Shown piece after piece: positions 50,861-63,830 of a stretch of DNA of 64,000 nt (position 1 is its first letter; each line of letters starts with the position of its first letter). A model generated the notes under the pieces. That model saw only the letters and a list, made by a program, of their open reading frames with translations, made no database searches and was not told the DNA's origin. The translations under genes were made by a program, and so were the position numbers. The DNA is from Cercozoa sp. M6MM (lineage: Eukaryota > Protista > Endomyxa: Ascetosporea): the NCBI GenBank assembly GCA_040357565.1, contig JBDODJ010000040.1, one strand, 5' to 3'.

Positions 50861-51052
50861 CCCTTAGCGGGCGGTAGACACGGCCATGCTCTTGCGACCC
50901 ACCCCGGACTGGTGCAGGGGAACTACATAGTTGGTTTCCTAGAAGACTCAACTAACTAACTACTAATAAGTGTCCTTAGTCTATGTCCGTAGTTATCGAG
51001 TGAAGGGACGGGAGGACAACGACGGAAGACCCGACGCCGCTTACGACCCTCT
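50861..51052 (+). mobile_element. Two juxtaposed fragments of the LINE 3' UTR (distal module + tail, then proximal module)
   Basis: AGCGGGCGGTAGACACGGCCATGCTCTTG is identical (29 nt) to the reverse complement in 28137-28190; tail GACTCAACTAACTAACTAC; then CGAGTGAAGGGACGGGAGGACAACGAC...CCCGACGCCGC matching 28270-28326. Confidence 0.8.
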
Positions 51053-51347
51053 GGGGGTAAGCGTAGTGGTAAAGGTGGGTAGGGACAAAGGGGCAAAACT
51101 ACCATATCAACGAACTACACCTGCTCCTCGTCAAGGTACTGTCGCACTTGTTCCCTCATTTCCTGCAGGTGTCACATCGACAGGCATAAAATCTGGACTA
51201 AGTTGTATGAAGACAACCACCCAAGGTAGGCCCTCGTTACAGTTGAGAGTCGAGTGTGAAGAGAACAAAACCCTCTTGCCTGCTCAAGATAGAGCAGATC
51301 AGTCGCTTGGCCGGGTGTCAACAAGCACGGTATCCTTTGAGGTACCA

Positions 51348-51404
51348 GCAGTCAGCCAAGTAAGTTGATTGATGTTGACATTAACAACTGGGCAGTTAGT
51401 TCAG
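51348..51404 (-). repeat. 57-nt block shared with 62419-62475
   Basis: Ungapped manual alignment, 47/57 identical. Confidence 0.75.
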
Positions 51405-51439
51405 CGCCTGCAGCACAGTCAACTGGCAGTCCGTCAGTC

Positions 51440-51893
51440 TTACATGGACATGTGTATCCTCTCATCGATGTCGTCGTCCGAGTGGATCACCTTGGTGATG
51501 CGACCGATGGCCTTGGTGTTGCTCTCGCGGACAATCAGCATGCGTCCAACGTGCAAGAACTCCTGCGAATAAACGATACAAACAACATATTCATTGAGTG
51601 CGCAGTGCGAAAGGTACAGGATGCGAGACAAAGCTCATCACGACTGTTGCCTACGCACACAGACACATGCGCACATTAGTCACGTTGAGTACGGATAGCA
51701 GGGGTATAGTACCGAGTCTCCTGATCGAAGGAACTCCTTGTCCATGCCAACAATGCGCGCCTGAGTATCACATGGCTTAATCAATACAGAATTACTACAG
51801 ACACAGATATAACATTAATACCGTCTGACGAACGTTGCCACAGTGCACCACAGGCTCGTAGCCAGCCTGTCAAGCACACTCCACATATAAACC

Positions 51894-51962
<69 letters not shown>

Positions 51963-53946
51963 ACACACACACACACAGACACACTGACGCACAGAAGGCA
52001 TTGCGACAGGAAACTACCTTGATAGTCGTCGGGTGGTGCAACACAAGCATCTGCGCCTCAAAGCGCTGCGCCGGAATCGGCGGACGCGGCGCGTTCACAA
52101 GCACCATACCTGCTCATATGCGTGTCTGTACATCTACATGCTGTTGTGCAGTCTGACAAGATACCGCGACGAATGTGCGCACGATCCACGCGCTCCTTCG
52201 TCTGCTCAAACCCAATGCAATAGTTTGTCTAGTCAAGTATGCAGGCAAGTAGGGTGTACTTTGACGAAACGAAGTGCCACAGAGCACGACTGTCCACTCA
52301 GCGCCTTCTCACGGGAAACGCGCTTCTGGTGCAGCGACCGAACCTGCTCTCATTTAATGGGGCACATACATATTAAAATGGTCATCTCTGTGTATCTGTG
52401 TACCAACACACGTCGCCAGATACCGTCATCGAACGGGCCCAAAAGCATCGAGTCGCCCTTGTTCACCTCGCCTGTACCAAAAGAGAACATAGTCCGCACA
52501 TCACCTTGTGTAACGGCAGCACACGTGTGTACCATGAGTAACAGTGCCGCTGAGCACGAGGCCGACACCAGTGACGCTGTGCACACAAGTCATCAACGCG
52601 CAAGAAGAGGCATACACGACCACAAGAGTGTACGTGAAGGTCTCATCAATCTCGATCTCGGCATCGACCGGTTGCTGCGTGCCGTCGTCATTCGTCACCA
52701 GTGGCGGCTCTGCAAAAACACAAATTTAGGTTGAGAACAAAATTACAGGGCGGGGGCCCCCGCCCCCCCCCACCCTGTCGAAGCCAGGCTCGCTGCGGAC
52801 GCAGCTGTCGCAACAGCTTCTGCAGTCGGTCCAGATTGTGTCCAGTCACCGAACTCACTGTAACAAATTACCACATAGGCATACAACACATAAGGTGTTC
52901 ACAAAAATGCTTGAGATACCGAGAAGGATGGGACAGGCGCGGTGCCACAGCGTGTCGTCGTTGCACAGCTCGTCCACGGCGGCGTCGCTCTTGAGCAGCA
53001 GCGGCATGCGCCGACCGGCCAGTGGACTTTTCAGCAGCTTCACCAACTACGCAGAAAAAAAACACTTACACTTAGAGACATAGAAAATAAATGGTCGCAA
53101 CTTTTTCGATGTACCTGCTTGTAGGTGTGCTTGAGTACATTCTGTGGCGTCATGTCAACCTTAGTCACCAGCACCATGGTCGGGATGCGCAGGGAGCATG
53201 CCACCGAGATATGCTCCTTCGTCATCTTCAACACGCCTGTTGTCACACATGTCGAGTACAACGAAAACAACTTTAGCAGTTACAATCCAGCGTGATGCAA
53301 TTTACCTTGGTTGGCAGCCACAATAATGCAGGCGTAGTCCTGCACAGCAAGGCATAGCACAGTTGAAAGGTTGCATTTGAGATGGAGAGACAAGGTCGTA
53401 CCGGAAAGCAGCCGGTTAGGCCCTGAACGGTCGTTTTGAGGTACCGCTCGTGTCCGGCCAGATCAATAAATGTCACCAAACGGTTCGACTTCTCAATCAC
53501 CGCCGACCATGACTGCAATATAAATGACAACAACAATCCCAATGCAACTAAATTACTAAATTGACAACTTACGATGGTCTTGTTCCTGGCCGACGAGTTC
53601 GCATTGTCCTGCTGGTGCACAGCCTCATCCGACTCGTCGAATCCCATGATATGCTGCGCGATGGCACTGGTGCGACCCGTCTCGGCCTCGTGTCCGTGCC
53701 GGAAGATACGCGAACGCTGCCCAAGAATCAAGGAAACTCAAACAATACAACTCTCGGCAGCAGGCATGTTCAAGCAAAGCTACCGCTCCTCCTCGGCCAT
53801 CATCCAGCAGGCCGCCAGTCAGAACGCCAATCATCGTTGACTTGCCACTGTCGACGTTCTGGGGAAGAGGTAAAGGTATGGGGGTGGGTTTTGAAACAAG
53901 TTACGCCGATCATGGCGACGCGAACGTCATCGAGTGACTGCTCCAT
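51440..53946 (-). CDS. GTPBP1/GTPBP2-family translational GTPase
   Basis: [61 protein letters not shown], TKVD and VLHHPTTI...GYEPVVHCGNVRQ. Confidence 0.93.
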
Positions 53947-54446
53947 GTGCAGTTGTTGTGTGCTTCTGTGTGCTTCTGTGATTCAGGACTGTGGTCGTGG
54001 ACGTTTCTGCGATCTCCCCAGGCGCAAGAAAAAGGTCTTGCCTCCACCGAGTTGACGTTTGGTAGCAACCTAATGCGTTTAATCACCAAGCAAAACCAAA
54101 AAATCGACAAAGAACTGAGTCTAAGGCGCGAAACCGCTCAAATTCTTCCGCAAGAAATTCCTAACGGAGTGCCGGGTTTTTAAAAGTAATACTGGCGACT
54201 GACGGTGGTCCATTTGTCCCGCGTGCTGGCTCGTCCGGCAATCGCTTTTCGCTCAGCAGTGCATCCAGCATCTCCACACGCTTTGCAAGCTGTCCAAGGA
54301 AGCAAACACAGTTTTTTTGGACAGAGAGCGGAGAAAAGGGACTCAGGACGCTGCAAGAACAGCTCAGAAAAAGCGAAGGAAAGCTCTCACGTGCGCGCTG
54401 CGTCAGTTTCGCTTCGCGTGGCTTTCCTTCATAGATAGGTGCCGAG

Positions 54447-57400
54447 ATGTCACTTCAGGTACATCCCTTTGCATAAACAATCAGAGACTTGCTGAACGGC
54501 TTGGCTGGGCAGGTGCTACACGCATCGAAAGGTGCGAGTTTCCGCATCCCGGTAACCCCAGCAGGCACAGGTGACAGCAGTCTCCAGGGCGGCGATATTG
54601 GCAACGTTTCTGGCAGCAGTTCACAGCTCGCGCTGTCGGCCTCGTCATCGGCCTCGTCGTACGTGTAACCTCAGTGTGCCATTGTGCATGGAGCTGAGTT
54701 ACCTATGTCTGTATGCATGGTCGGCAGAGGTGGCTGGACTGTGGCGCATCTGATGAAAGCAGTACACTCACACACGCAGGTCGCGTTGGCAGATCAGCTG
54801 CTGTTGCGAGATGACGGGTATTTTACCTCCCTTTATCCTCCCTTTGAGACCCCTCCCGCATTCGCCTGGTGCAGAGCGGCACTACAGCGTCGTGCGTCGC
54901 TGCAGGATTTTTCGGGTCGTCTGGTACTGCTGCTGGACCGGCGTCGTGTTGCCTATCCACTCGACTGCAGGTATTCACCCCTTCCCAACACCCTACCTTA
55001 CATACACGACTTGCAGCGAGACCGACCGGATCGTGCAGAGTGGACTCGACTTTGACGCGTCTGAACTGGTCTCTCCAATTGGTAGGATGCCCATACTTAC
55101 CTGGCACGTATCTATCATACAGGTGCACGTGTGTGTGTGTGTGCGCGCAGACATAGCCTCGGCCTGGTCGCAGCTTTCGAAAGCGTCGGAAGCACTCCGA
55201 CGCGAAGCCGACTTTATTAGGTACCTGTGGATTACGGGGGGGGGGGGGGGGTAAAAGTGGAAAAGTGCATGTGTGTGGACAGGCACCATGCGGGCGCACT
55301 CCAGTATGCGTCACGGATACTCAAGCTGCACGTGAGGAGACACCTGTCGCGTCTGCTCCGGAGACTGTGCGTGCACTTTTTTGCTCCCTTGTCCCTGTAC
55401 CCTATCTTTGTGTGTGTAGCGAGAAACTCGACAAGCGCGTGGAACAAGCGAATGCTGAGTTTGGTTCCAGCGACGGTATGTCTCTCTGTCCATCCTTTTC
55501 TTCGGGCATGGTTATTTATTTGTTGAACAGAAGAAATCAGACAAAGATTCGATGAGATTGTACAAAAGTTCAAGGTATCTCAAAACACTGTCCAGTAACC
55601 TTTTTCGATTGTTTCCTTATTGTTTTACCCCTTCCCTGTACAGGCAGAGAAAGTACCAGCGCAACTGTTTCCGGACCTGGGCGATCGTGGCACACTGAAC
55701 GACGTCTTTGGTGACACGGCGCTGCTGCGTGGTCGCGATGATATCCTGTACCACTATACCTCTTTAGGGGTGGGGGCCACGCGCGGCGGGGGGGGGTGAG
55801 GGGGGGGCCGGGGGGGGGGGGGCTGGNNNNNNNNNNNNNNNNNNNNNNNNNNNNNNNNNNNNNNNNNNNNNNNNNNNNNNNNNNNNNNNNNNNNNNNNNN
55901 NNNNNNNNNNNNNNNNNNNNNNNNNNCCCCGTTACTCTAACTTTGTATCTCCTGTTGCTGCAGAGGTCAGCGAAAGAAAGTTGTGCAACAGCGTCAAGAA
56001 CTGTGGTACCCTGTTATACCCATTTACCCTCCCCCGCTACTTCGATCCTCCTGTGCATAGGATAGTGGCCAAGAGCGTTGAAGATGCGCACCACGACGAC
56101 ATTACCGACGAGGACATGAGGCAGGTCAAGTCGCTCGCCGATGCCATCGTACCACACACCTTGCATCTATCTGTATATTTGTACCCTGTGCATCTGTACC
56201 TGTGCATCTGTACCTGTCTACATCTATACCTGTGTATGTGCATGCATGTGTACTGTGTGCGCAGACTGAAGCGGCGGAGCACACCAAGGAGGAAGCCAGG
56301 GCTGTTGTACTTCACCTCTGGTTATATACATATATATATATATATATCAATATCAGTGTAGATATGTACACATGACGTGTAAACATATGTATTGACAGGA
56401 GAGTGCTTCGCTTCTGGTGCGAGCTAAAGCACGAATGCAAACCTTTGTAGATGAGGTATCTGGGTCATTCCAACCCCTCCTCACTCCTTTACTTCCTTAC
56501 CTCCGTGTTTGTCAATGGAAGAGTCTGGCCTCGTTGAGGAAGAAACACGACGAACTTTGCTTTCTGTTTGAACGTCGGTTTTCACAGTTCCTCATTGTAC
56601 AGTCCTATTTTAGCCAGACCTCATTTCTTAACATTTGCCCTGTTTCACGGGGCCCCCCCGTATTGACTACAGTCATCGAAGAATGCGCGCACAGCGGCTG
56701 AAACGGCGACCATCGCGTCCGAGCACGCGCGGCGCTTGTTGGAAACTGTACCCCCCCCCCCAGCATCCTAGACTTGAACCTTCCAAAAATTGCCTTGTCT
56801 CTGTAGACCGAAAGGTTATCGCGTGTTGATGGAGCACTCGACGCCTTCCGTGCTTCACATGATGAGGTATCTTTTTGCTGGAGCAGGGATAGAATACGGT
56901 AGCTTGGAATATGACCCTCCGCAGGTGCGTCGTCGCGCGAAACACGACGCGCGACTGGTGGCCTTCGCCAAGGCACTGCGCGACTTCTTTAATGTACATC
57001 CGGACCTTCCGTATAAACGTCCGTACAATTCGACCTATGTACGTACGAATAGGCGAGGCATTTGGAGGAGCAGCTGCGACGTGAGGAGTTCTGCCGACGA
57101 TTTCTGCCAGCGCTACCGAAGCAGTTTATGTCGCTCTCTTACGTAAGCAGTAGTTTACCCCCCCCCCCCCCCCACACCTTTTTAGTCCCTTCAACCCCCT
57201 ACCGTATGTGGGCAGAACACGCCGCAAGTGCTACTGGAGCTGCGCGGAGAGACGCAGACGGAGGCGCAGCTACTGGGCTTGGCGCGGCACGAGGCCGAGT
57301 CGAAACTCAAGCGCGTCGCCGAGACACAGCGCCGGCTCACGGCGACATCGACACCGATGACGACGGAGGAGGCACTGCGACATGAGACGAAACGCATCGC

Positions 57401-58849
57401 CGAACAACTCGATGCTCGCGTCGCTGACATCAGGAAACGCGTCGAGATGGCTGTACAGACACCTTGGCTCTACACACAGAGGGGCCTAGTGGTGTATACT
57501 CCAAATTTGTGCTCAGGCCGACACGGAAGACGTGCCCGAGAAGGAAGAAGAACGCACGCTGCTGCAACTCGTTGCCGCCGAGGAACGAAGGTGTTGCGTC
57601 TCTTGGTGGTATAGGACTACAACGATAACATGTTTTTGTGTGTGAGTAGGCGCAATCAGAGTCGCGAGGACACTTCAGAAACCTTACGACGTCTGCTGGA
57701 TTTTGAGGATCAAGGTGACAGAGACCAAGAGGACCAGGATGACGGAGACCAAGATGATCGGGTGAACGAGGACCAGGAAGACGAAGGAACTATGGTAGGC
57801 TGTCTGATGGGAAGAGTACCTTCGGGACTCTGTGAGAGAGTGAGGTGTAGGCACTCGATCACAGTCAGCACATGCGCGCTCTGGCCGATAGGAATGTCGT
57901 ACTCAAGCAAGAAGTTAAGGCGGTACTGGAGTCATCCTGTGCTTTATTCGCCCTTTACCTCCTCCTTTCTTCACTCGGTGGGTGTGACTGTGTTTGCGTG
58001 TGAGCAGAAGGAGAGAGAGATGGAGCAGCTGAGGTCGCAGTTGCGCAATGTAGGCGTTTCTTCTTTTTATCGGACGCTCCGTCGTTTTATTTTCTTGTTT
58101 TCCTCTGCAGGAGAGGAAGGAGGCGGAGCGACTGCGGCAACTGCTGCGCAATGTACTTCTAGTCCTTGTCCTTTAGTCCTTGCTTGTTCTTGCTCCTGTG
58201 TGTCTGTTGTTGTGCAAATGGATTGGAGAGGGCATGTGTCAGGTTCAGCAGCGACTCGAGTCGGCTCAGTCGGCGCCTGCTGAGGCATTGCACTTCGAGC
58301 ATTCCTCCCTGTACAAAGCTGTCATTGTCATTCATGCTCCCAGCGTGTTGTGTATGCTTACCGATGTGCCTCCAACAGGGAGGCCATGGCCGGCAAGCGC
58401 GTCGCCTTTGTCCAAGTCGACAGGGATCGCTGGTGCACACTGGCCTACCTCCCAGGCGGCAGCAACAACTCCAGTAGCAGCGGCAGCAGTAGTAGCAGTA
58501 GTAGCAGCGGCACTTCCAGCGACAAAGGCAGACGTGTCGTGGTTTTTCTTGATCGAGACGTGCTGCAGCAGAGCAGTCTGTCTGCGTACCGTCACTGTAG
58601 GGGGGGGGGGGGGGGTGGGGGTCTGTATTCCTATTTTCGCTTTGCAGCGAGGCCCAAGGCAAGACGCTGATCGGCACCGTGCTCTGCGTCGATGACGGCA
58701 CGAGTGACAGTCGCGGTGTCACCTGTTTGGCGCAGCTGGAGAGCTCTGCGCGCGCCGTCGTTCCGCTGCGCAGCGTGTCGCGTCTCCAGCGCATGCAGCA
58801 CGACCTGCACTCGATCTTGTCTCCGCCCATTGTGGCCGAGCCGAGTTAG
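54447..58849 (+). CDS. ATG11: ATG11/FIP200 (RB1CC1)-like autophagy scaffold
   Basis: Ubiquitin-like N-terminus (TVAHLMKAVHSHTQVALADQLLL..DG), Atg17-like helical core ending EEQLRREEFCRRFLPALP, coiled coil, and claw-like C-terminus (VVFLDRDVL...KTLIGTV). Confidence 0.72.
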
Positions 58850-59104
58850 TTTTTCTGAGCTTATCCTACGCGTCATGGAAAGCACTGGTGGTAGCCATGT
58901 CAGTTGCACATAGTGCCTTGGGTCCGATAGGGAACTGCAAAGCTGATGGAACGGACATTTTCTGCTCAGTCGTATACAGAAACCAGCTATTCTAGTCCTA
59001 CTAGATTGAACTGAGTGGCGTAACTGGAGCTTTTTGGATGTGTAGTAGTTTTGAGTGACAACAAAACCGAAGCACAAGATAGGATGTAGTCGATGCAACG
59101 CAAC

Positions 59105-59942
59105 TTAACGGTAGCGACGCAGCGAGGTCTGCTGGCGGCGCTTCCAGTTGGCACGGCGCGACGGGCGGAGCTTCGAGGCACCGTGGCCCTTGACACGGAG
59201 ACCGCGGTACTTCTTGCCGGCCGACGTGAGGCCGCGCAGCTCGCGGTGGTTCTGCTTGCTCGAGCAGATCCAGTTGATACGAGCGTCGTTGCGGATGGCG
59301 GCGTGCGACGGGTCGACGCAGATCACCTCGAAGTACTTGTACGTCGAGTCCTGGGCCGCCCAGTACGAGTTGAGCACACGGAGGTTCGAGGCACGGCGGC
59401 CGACACGCTCCTCAGCGACCGAGCGGAGCGAGCGCGTGGCGGCGAGCTTGATACCCTGGTTCTCCGGCTTGCCGTGCACCATACCCTTGTGCAGCGGGCG
59501 CTTGCGCAGACCACGGCGCACGCGGACGCGGTACACCACGTAGCCCTGCTTGGCCTTGTAGCCGAGGCGACTGCAACACAAAATACAAACTCATGTTTCA
59601 TTTTTCGTCAAGCACAGCCTAACATCTGTCAAATCAGTCAAAAATAATCACAATACACCAGTATTTACCGGGCCTTGTCCGGGCGCGTCGGGTGGACGGC
59701 ACGGTGGATGGTCGGCAGCTGACGGAACTCCCACGCGCGCACGCGGAGCACGAAGCGGATCACATCCGACTGCTTCTTGCGCCAGAGCTCCTCAAGGTAC
59801 TTGTAGCAACTGCACACACAAGTACATACTTCGAGTACAGCTTAGTACGCAGAAAACAAGCACAGCGAGCGAAAAACCGGCACAGCACGCGAAAATCGCG
59901 CCACGCAGCCAGCGCGGTCTAATGCGAGGTAACGCACCCCAT
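59105..59942 (-). CDS. RPL15: 60S ribosomal protein L15 (eL15), 3 exons
   Basis: [18 protein letters not shown]...[17 protein letters not shown]...LRVLNSYW...[10 protein letters not shown]. Confidence 0.99.
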
Positions 59943-60276
59943 GATCGATTTATGTCACTCAACGAAAAGAGGAGCGGCGCTTCAGATATTTTTTGTATAA
60001 TTTTTCCGCGCAGTCCGGCTCTTGAGAAAAGTGGGGTCGTTAGTCAAATTAGGGTGTCCTCGCGTGTGGGATTGTGCTTTAGTTGATTGAACAGTGTCAG
60101 AGAATCAGAGTGACGTCTAAACAAAGCAGTGAGCTTGAGAAACTGTGGGGGTTTTTTGACTTGTATGCCTGTGTGTAGTCTGTCGTCGCGCTCGGACGGA
60201 AGTTGGGCGGTGCCATCTGCGCCAAAGGCTTGACTTTGACAGAGCCGTCGACTTTGCGCGGGAGAAGACGAGGGAG

Positions 60277-61762
60277 ATGGACAACAACGAGGTGTTACAG
60301 GAGAGCGAGATGAACGCCCTTGTCTGGCGTTACTTGCTTGTACCCACTGCGTTGTGTCTCTACAATGTTTGTGTTTGCTTCTATCGTTTGACTGCGTCCA
60401 GGAAAGCGGTTTTCAGCATGCGGCCTTTGTGTTTCAGCATGAGAGTGGTATGTATCCATATATAATGTAGGTAGAGATAGGCAGTATTTAGATAGATACG
60501 TGTCTGTATGCAGGGCTGAAGGATGACAGACTGGAGCGTGCCAAGGATCGGAAGGTGCCGCCCGGAGCCTTGCTCGGCTTTGTGCAACGCGGTCTGCAGA
60601 GCGCCTTGCGCGACGCGCGCGCCGACCGCATGCGTGAGGTGCGACTGGTGCCATGCGTGCTGCCGGCCGGCTTTGTGTCGACGTGCTTTGCCGTGTGCGA
60701 CCGCACGCACGTCGCTCTGGTCGGTAGGGCCTTCACTTGTCTCCTTCCCCCCCCCCCCCCGATAGCCGTACTTCCTCCATCGTGGTACAGGAAGCACAAC
60801 AGGCAGCGTGCTGGTGTACCCGCTGAGTGAGTCGTCATCACAGTGCACACAGCTGCACGTGCCGCAGTCGGTAGCGTCACCGTCGCTGGAGTCGGCGAAA
60901 CCGTCGACAGCACGTGTGACGGCACTTTGCGGTGTCAACGGTGCCGTCGTGTGTGCCACATTGAGTGGTACCCTTCCTTCCCCTCTCCTTCTGTGTGAAC
61001 TTACTGTTGTGCCACAGGTGACCTCTTGTGGTGGCAGTCGGGCTGGTCGAACCTTGTTCCCTTGTCGTCATCCGCGGGTACGCATATGCAGCACTGACTC
61101 AGAGGATGTCAGATGATACCTTTGCTGTGTGTATACAGGGCAGGTGCACACGCGGCCAGTAGCATGGCTGCAGGCGCGAGGCAGCTCACTGCTCTGCCTC
61201 GACGTCGCCGGACGTCTCTCGGTCTGGCAGGTACTATATGTCTACGTCTATATACATGTGTCTATCTGTTTCTATGCCTACCTGTATCTGTCCGAGTCTA
61301 TCTGTGTCACCCAACACAGGTAGCACGCACTGCCTGCACACTGGTGGGCGTGACGAACCTCGAAACCGACGGCGTTGATGTCGTGCACGTGGCCTTTGCT
61401 GACGGTGACGGTGACACGGACAGCAGCAGCACCAGTCAGACTGACACGGTCACACTGGCTTATGCCACAGCACGTGCACGTGTCAGTGTGGTCACTGTGT
61501 CACGTACCACTGCGCAAGTCGCTGCTGGCGTTAGTGTGGCCGGAAGCGACGCCATCACGGCCCTGTATTGGCACCGCCGGTTGCTCTACGTCGCTCGCGG
61601 TGCGCACGTCGCGCTCTATGATTCGGTAGGGAACACAGGTAGCACAGAGAAGGTGCGAGGCCTTTCGACTCTTTCTGCTGCTGGACAGAAGCTGCGACAA
61701 CGTCGGTCATGGCAAGTAATGACGCCTGTCACTTACATACACGCATGCGGTAGGCCCTGTTG

Positions 61763-61813
<51 letters not shown>

Positions 61814-62155
61814 CTCTGTGATACCACCTGCACATAGGCCCAGACACAGTGGTGCTGCAGGCGTCGCACCACCTGCACAAGCTACAGCACGGCACGGGCG
61901 CACTGCTCGCACTGTCCGTGTCGCCACCGGAGCGAGTGAACGGACGCGTCTGCTCGCTGCACCAGTGCGTTTTTGTGCGCCAACGCGATGCTGTCGTTGC
62001 TTTCGACCTGGTGGTACTCCCGTGCTTTCTCTGTCCTCTCAGCTTTACTTTTACCTCCCTACCTGCCAACGCAGAGAAGTACGAAAAGTGAGCTTCGCGT
62101 GAAGGCGCGCGATGTCGCCGTTTGTGGCGATGCGCTCGCACTGCTGCTACAATGA
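60277..62155 (+). CDS. TBL1/Sif2-like LisH protein with divergent WD40-like C-terminus
   Basis: EMNALVWRYLL-ESGFQHAAFVFQHES...VPPGALLGFVQRGLQ is the TBL1-type LisH signature; the downstream exons are beta-rich. Confidence 0.75.
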
Positions 62156-62418
62156 GCGGCGACACATCATCCCGACAGCACGCTGTCGATGAACGCGGCC
62201 GTGGCGAATCTAACTGTCAAGCTGACGCGAAATGTACCATACGATCTCCGTCCCCGCCCGTCCGCGTCACCAATCCCGAGTCAGTCCGCTCGGCTGATAG
62301 CGTTGTTGTTTCGTTTGAGAGATTGTCACTTTTAGTGAAGACTAAAGATAGTAAGAATGTAAGCGAAGGTCGTTCAATTTAGTGTTCGTTCGACGTCTCA
62401 ACAAACCGAAAGATATAA

Positions 62419-63030
62419 GTAGTCACCCGAGTAAGTTGTTTGATGTTGACAGTAACAGGTAGTCAGTTTGTTCAGTCGACTAAGAAACCTGGGTACCACG
62501 AAGTATCGTAGTTCCCCTGTACCAGTCCTGGGGTGGGTCACAAGCACATGACTGTAGTCAGCCGCTCGCTTAGGGTGGGCCACCCAACTTAAGTTCCCCA
62601 GGACATCTTCTTCAAGTTGGTACAGGTAGCGGACTGAGAGTAGAAGGTCGTCAGCGTCTCCATCTCGTCGTCTGTTGAGTCGTATCGTCGCCTGTCACTC
62701 CTCCCAGACCCAACAGACGACGGCTATATCGCAGCTGTTGCCCCTCCCACACCACTCTCGTGACGACATGCAAGTGCTCTAAGTTGCCGATGTTTTCTGG
62801 TTTGCTCAGTATGTGTGCGCCGCTCCGTTGGTTTGGCGGAAGCCATCAGTTCCTTTTAACTCCTCACATTTGATCAGTCGGAGATGGGCGTCCAGCGTTT
62901 CTCTTCGTTCTGTCTCGTTGTTGCATTCTGCCCCATAACACAGTCCGGACAGGTATGCAGCTTTTGCGTCTGCAGTCTTTTTTGCACACGCATCTTAGAC
63001 CTTGAGTAGCAGATGGTGATCATGAATTTG
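62419..63030 (-). mobile_element. Second, diverged remnant of the same non-LTR retrotransposon family
   Basis: Frameshifted peptides KRLQTQKLHTCPDC, ETLDAHLRLIKC and ILSKPENIGNLEHLHVVTRVVWE parallel HRLQKRELNEYPDC, DTLDTYYRLLKF and MLANPENLATSRMHQGIKISWD at 28.4-28.7 kb. The 3' UTR shares CTAAGCGrGCGG and CATG..CTTGTGACCCACCCC..GGACTGG. 5' limit uncertain. Confidence 0.75.
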
Positions 63031-63142
63031 TCTCCGCCAGGTGCCTTCAACGGCGGTGTTGCTGGCTGCTTGCATTTGCTCTCTGCCGTGCCTGCTGTGT
63101 CGCTTCTCTGCTCGTATACGACAGGCGAGGTAGGTACAGTAT

Positions 63143-63698
63143 TCACACACGCGACGGTCGGGTAGCAGTCAGGTAACATCGCACAGGACACACAGTGCAC
63201 GTTAAATCTTCGCTTGTATTAGTCCGTCTGGCTCGTGCTGCTGTCGCCCGTGCTCGAAGTGCTGCCGTTAGTCGTAGCACTGCGACAAAGCCAGCAATTA
63301 TCCAGAATGGTAGCACCACTCTTGCGAGACAGGACTTACCCAGAGTGGGAGGCCGAGCGTGTGATGGCCGAGACGCAGATTCGGAGTGCCTACACAAGAC
63401 ATTGCAGTAGTGTCTGGGTGGACAGAAAGTCGAGAGAACGAAGGCACATACCCCGAATCGCTGGTACAGTTGCTGTAAAGCCTCGTATCGCGCCGCCAGT
63501 GACACCAATACCTGGGATTTATATACATAAGTACGGGATAAACAAATATAAACATAAAACAACTATCTACAAAGAAATGAATATGTATAAATATAAATGC
63601 CAAAATATATAAATAATTTAAATATATGTACTATATATAAACAGATAATGTATACATCATAAACATAAATCAATAAATGTACATATATCCATCAGTAT

Positions 63699-63733
<35 letters not shown>

Positions 63734-63769
63734 ATAGATATAAATAAATAAATAGATTTATATATACAT

Positions 63770-63830
<61 letters not shown>

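Noticed and set aside
50861-50963. HDV-like or hammerhead ribozyme in the conserved repeat
   Set aside because: No CTGAnGA...GAAA core. The CACC/GGTG stem lacks a consistent HDV P1/P2/L3 arrangement across copies, and the motif is at the element 3' end.
50970-51368. 132-aa ORF as a standalone gene
   Set aside because: It begins in LINE UTR sequence at a non-ATG codon, is intronless, and has no recognisable domain.
60046-60056. Telo-box-like AATTAGGGT upstream of RPL15 (and CCCTAAACCC at about 24231)
   Set aside because: Short, imperfect matches; insufficient to call a regulatory site.
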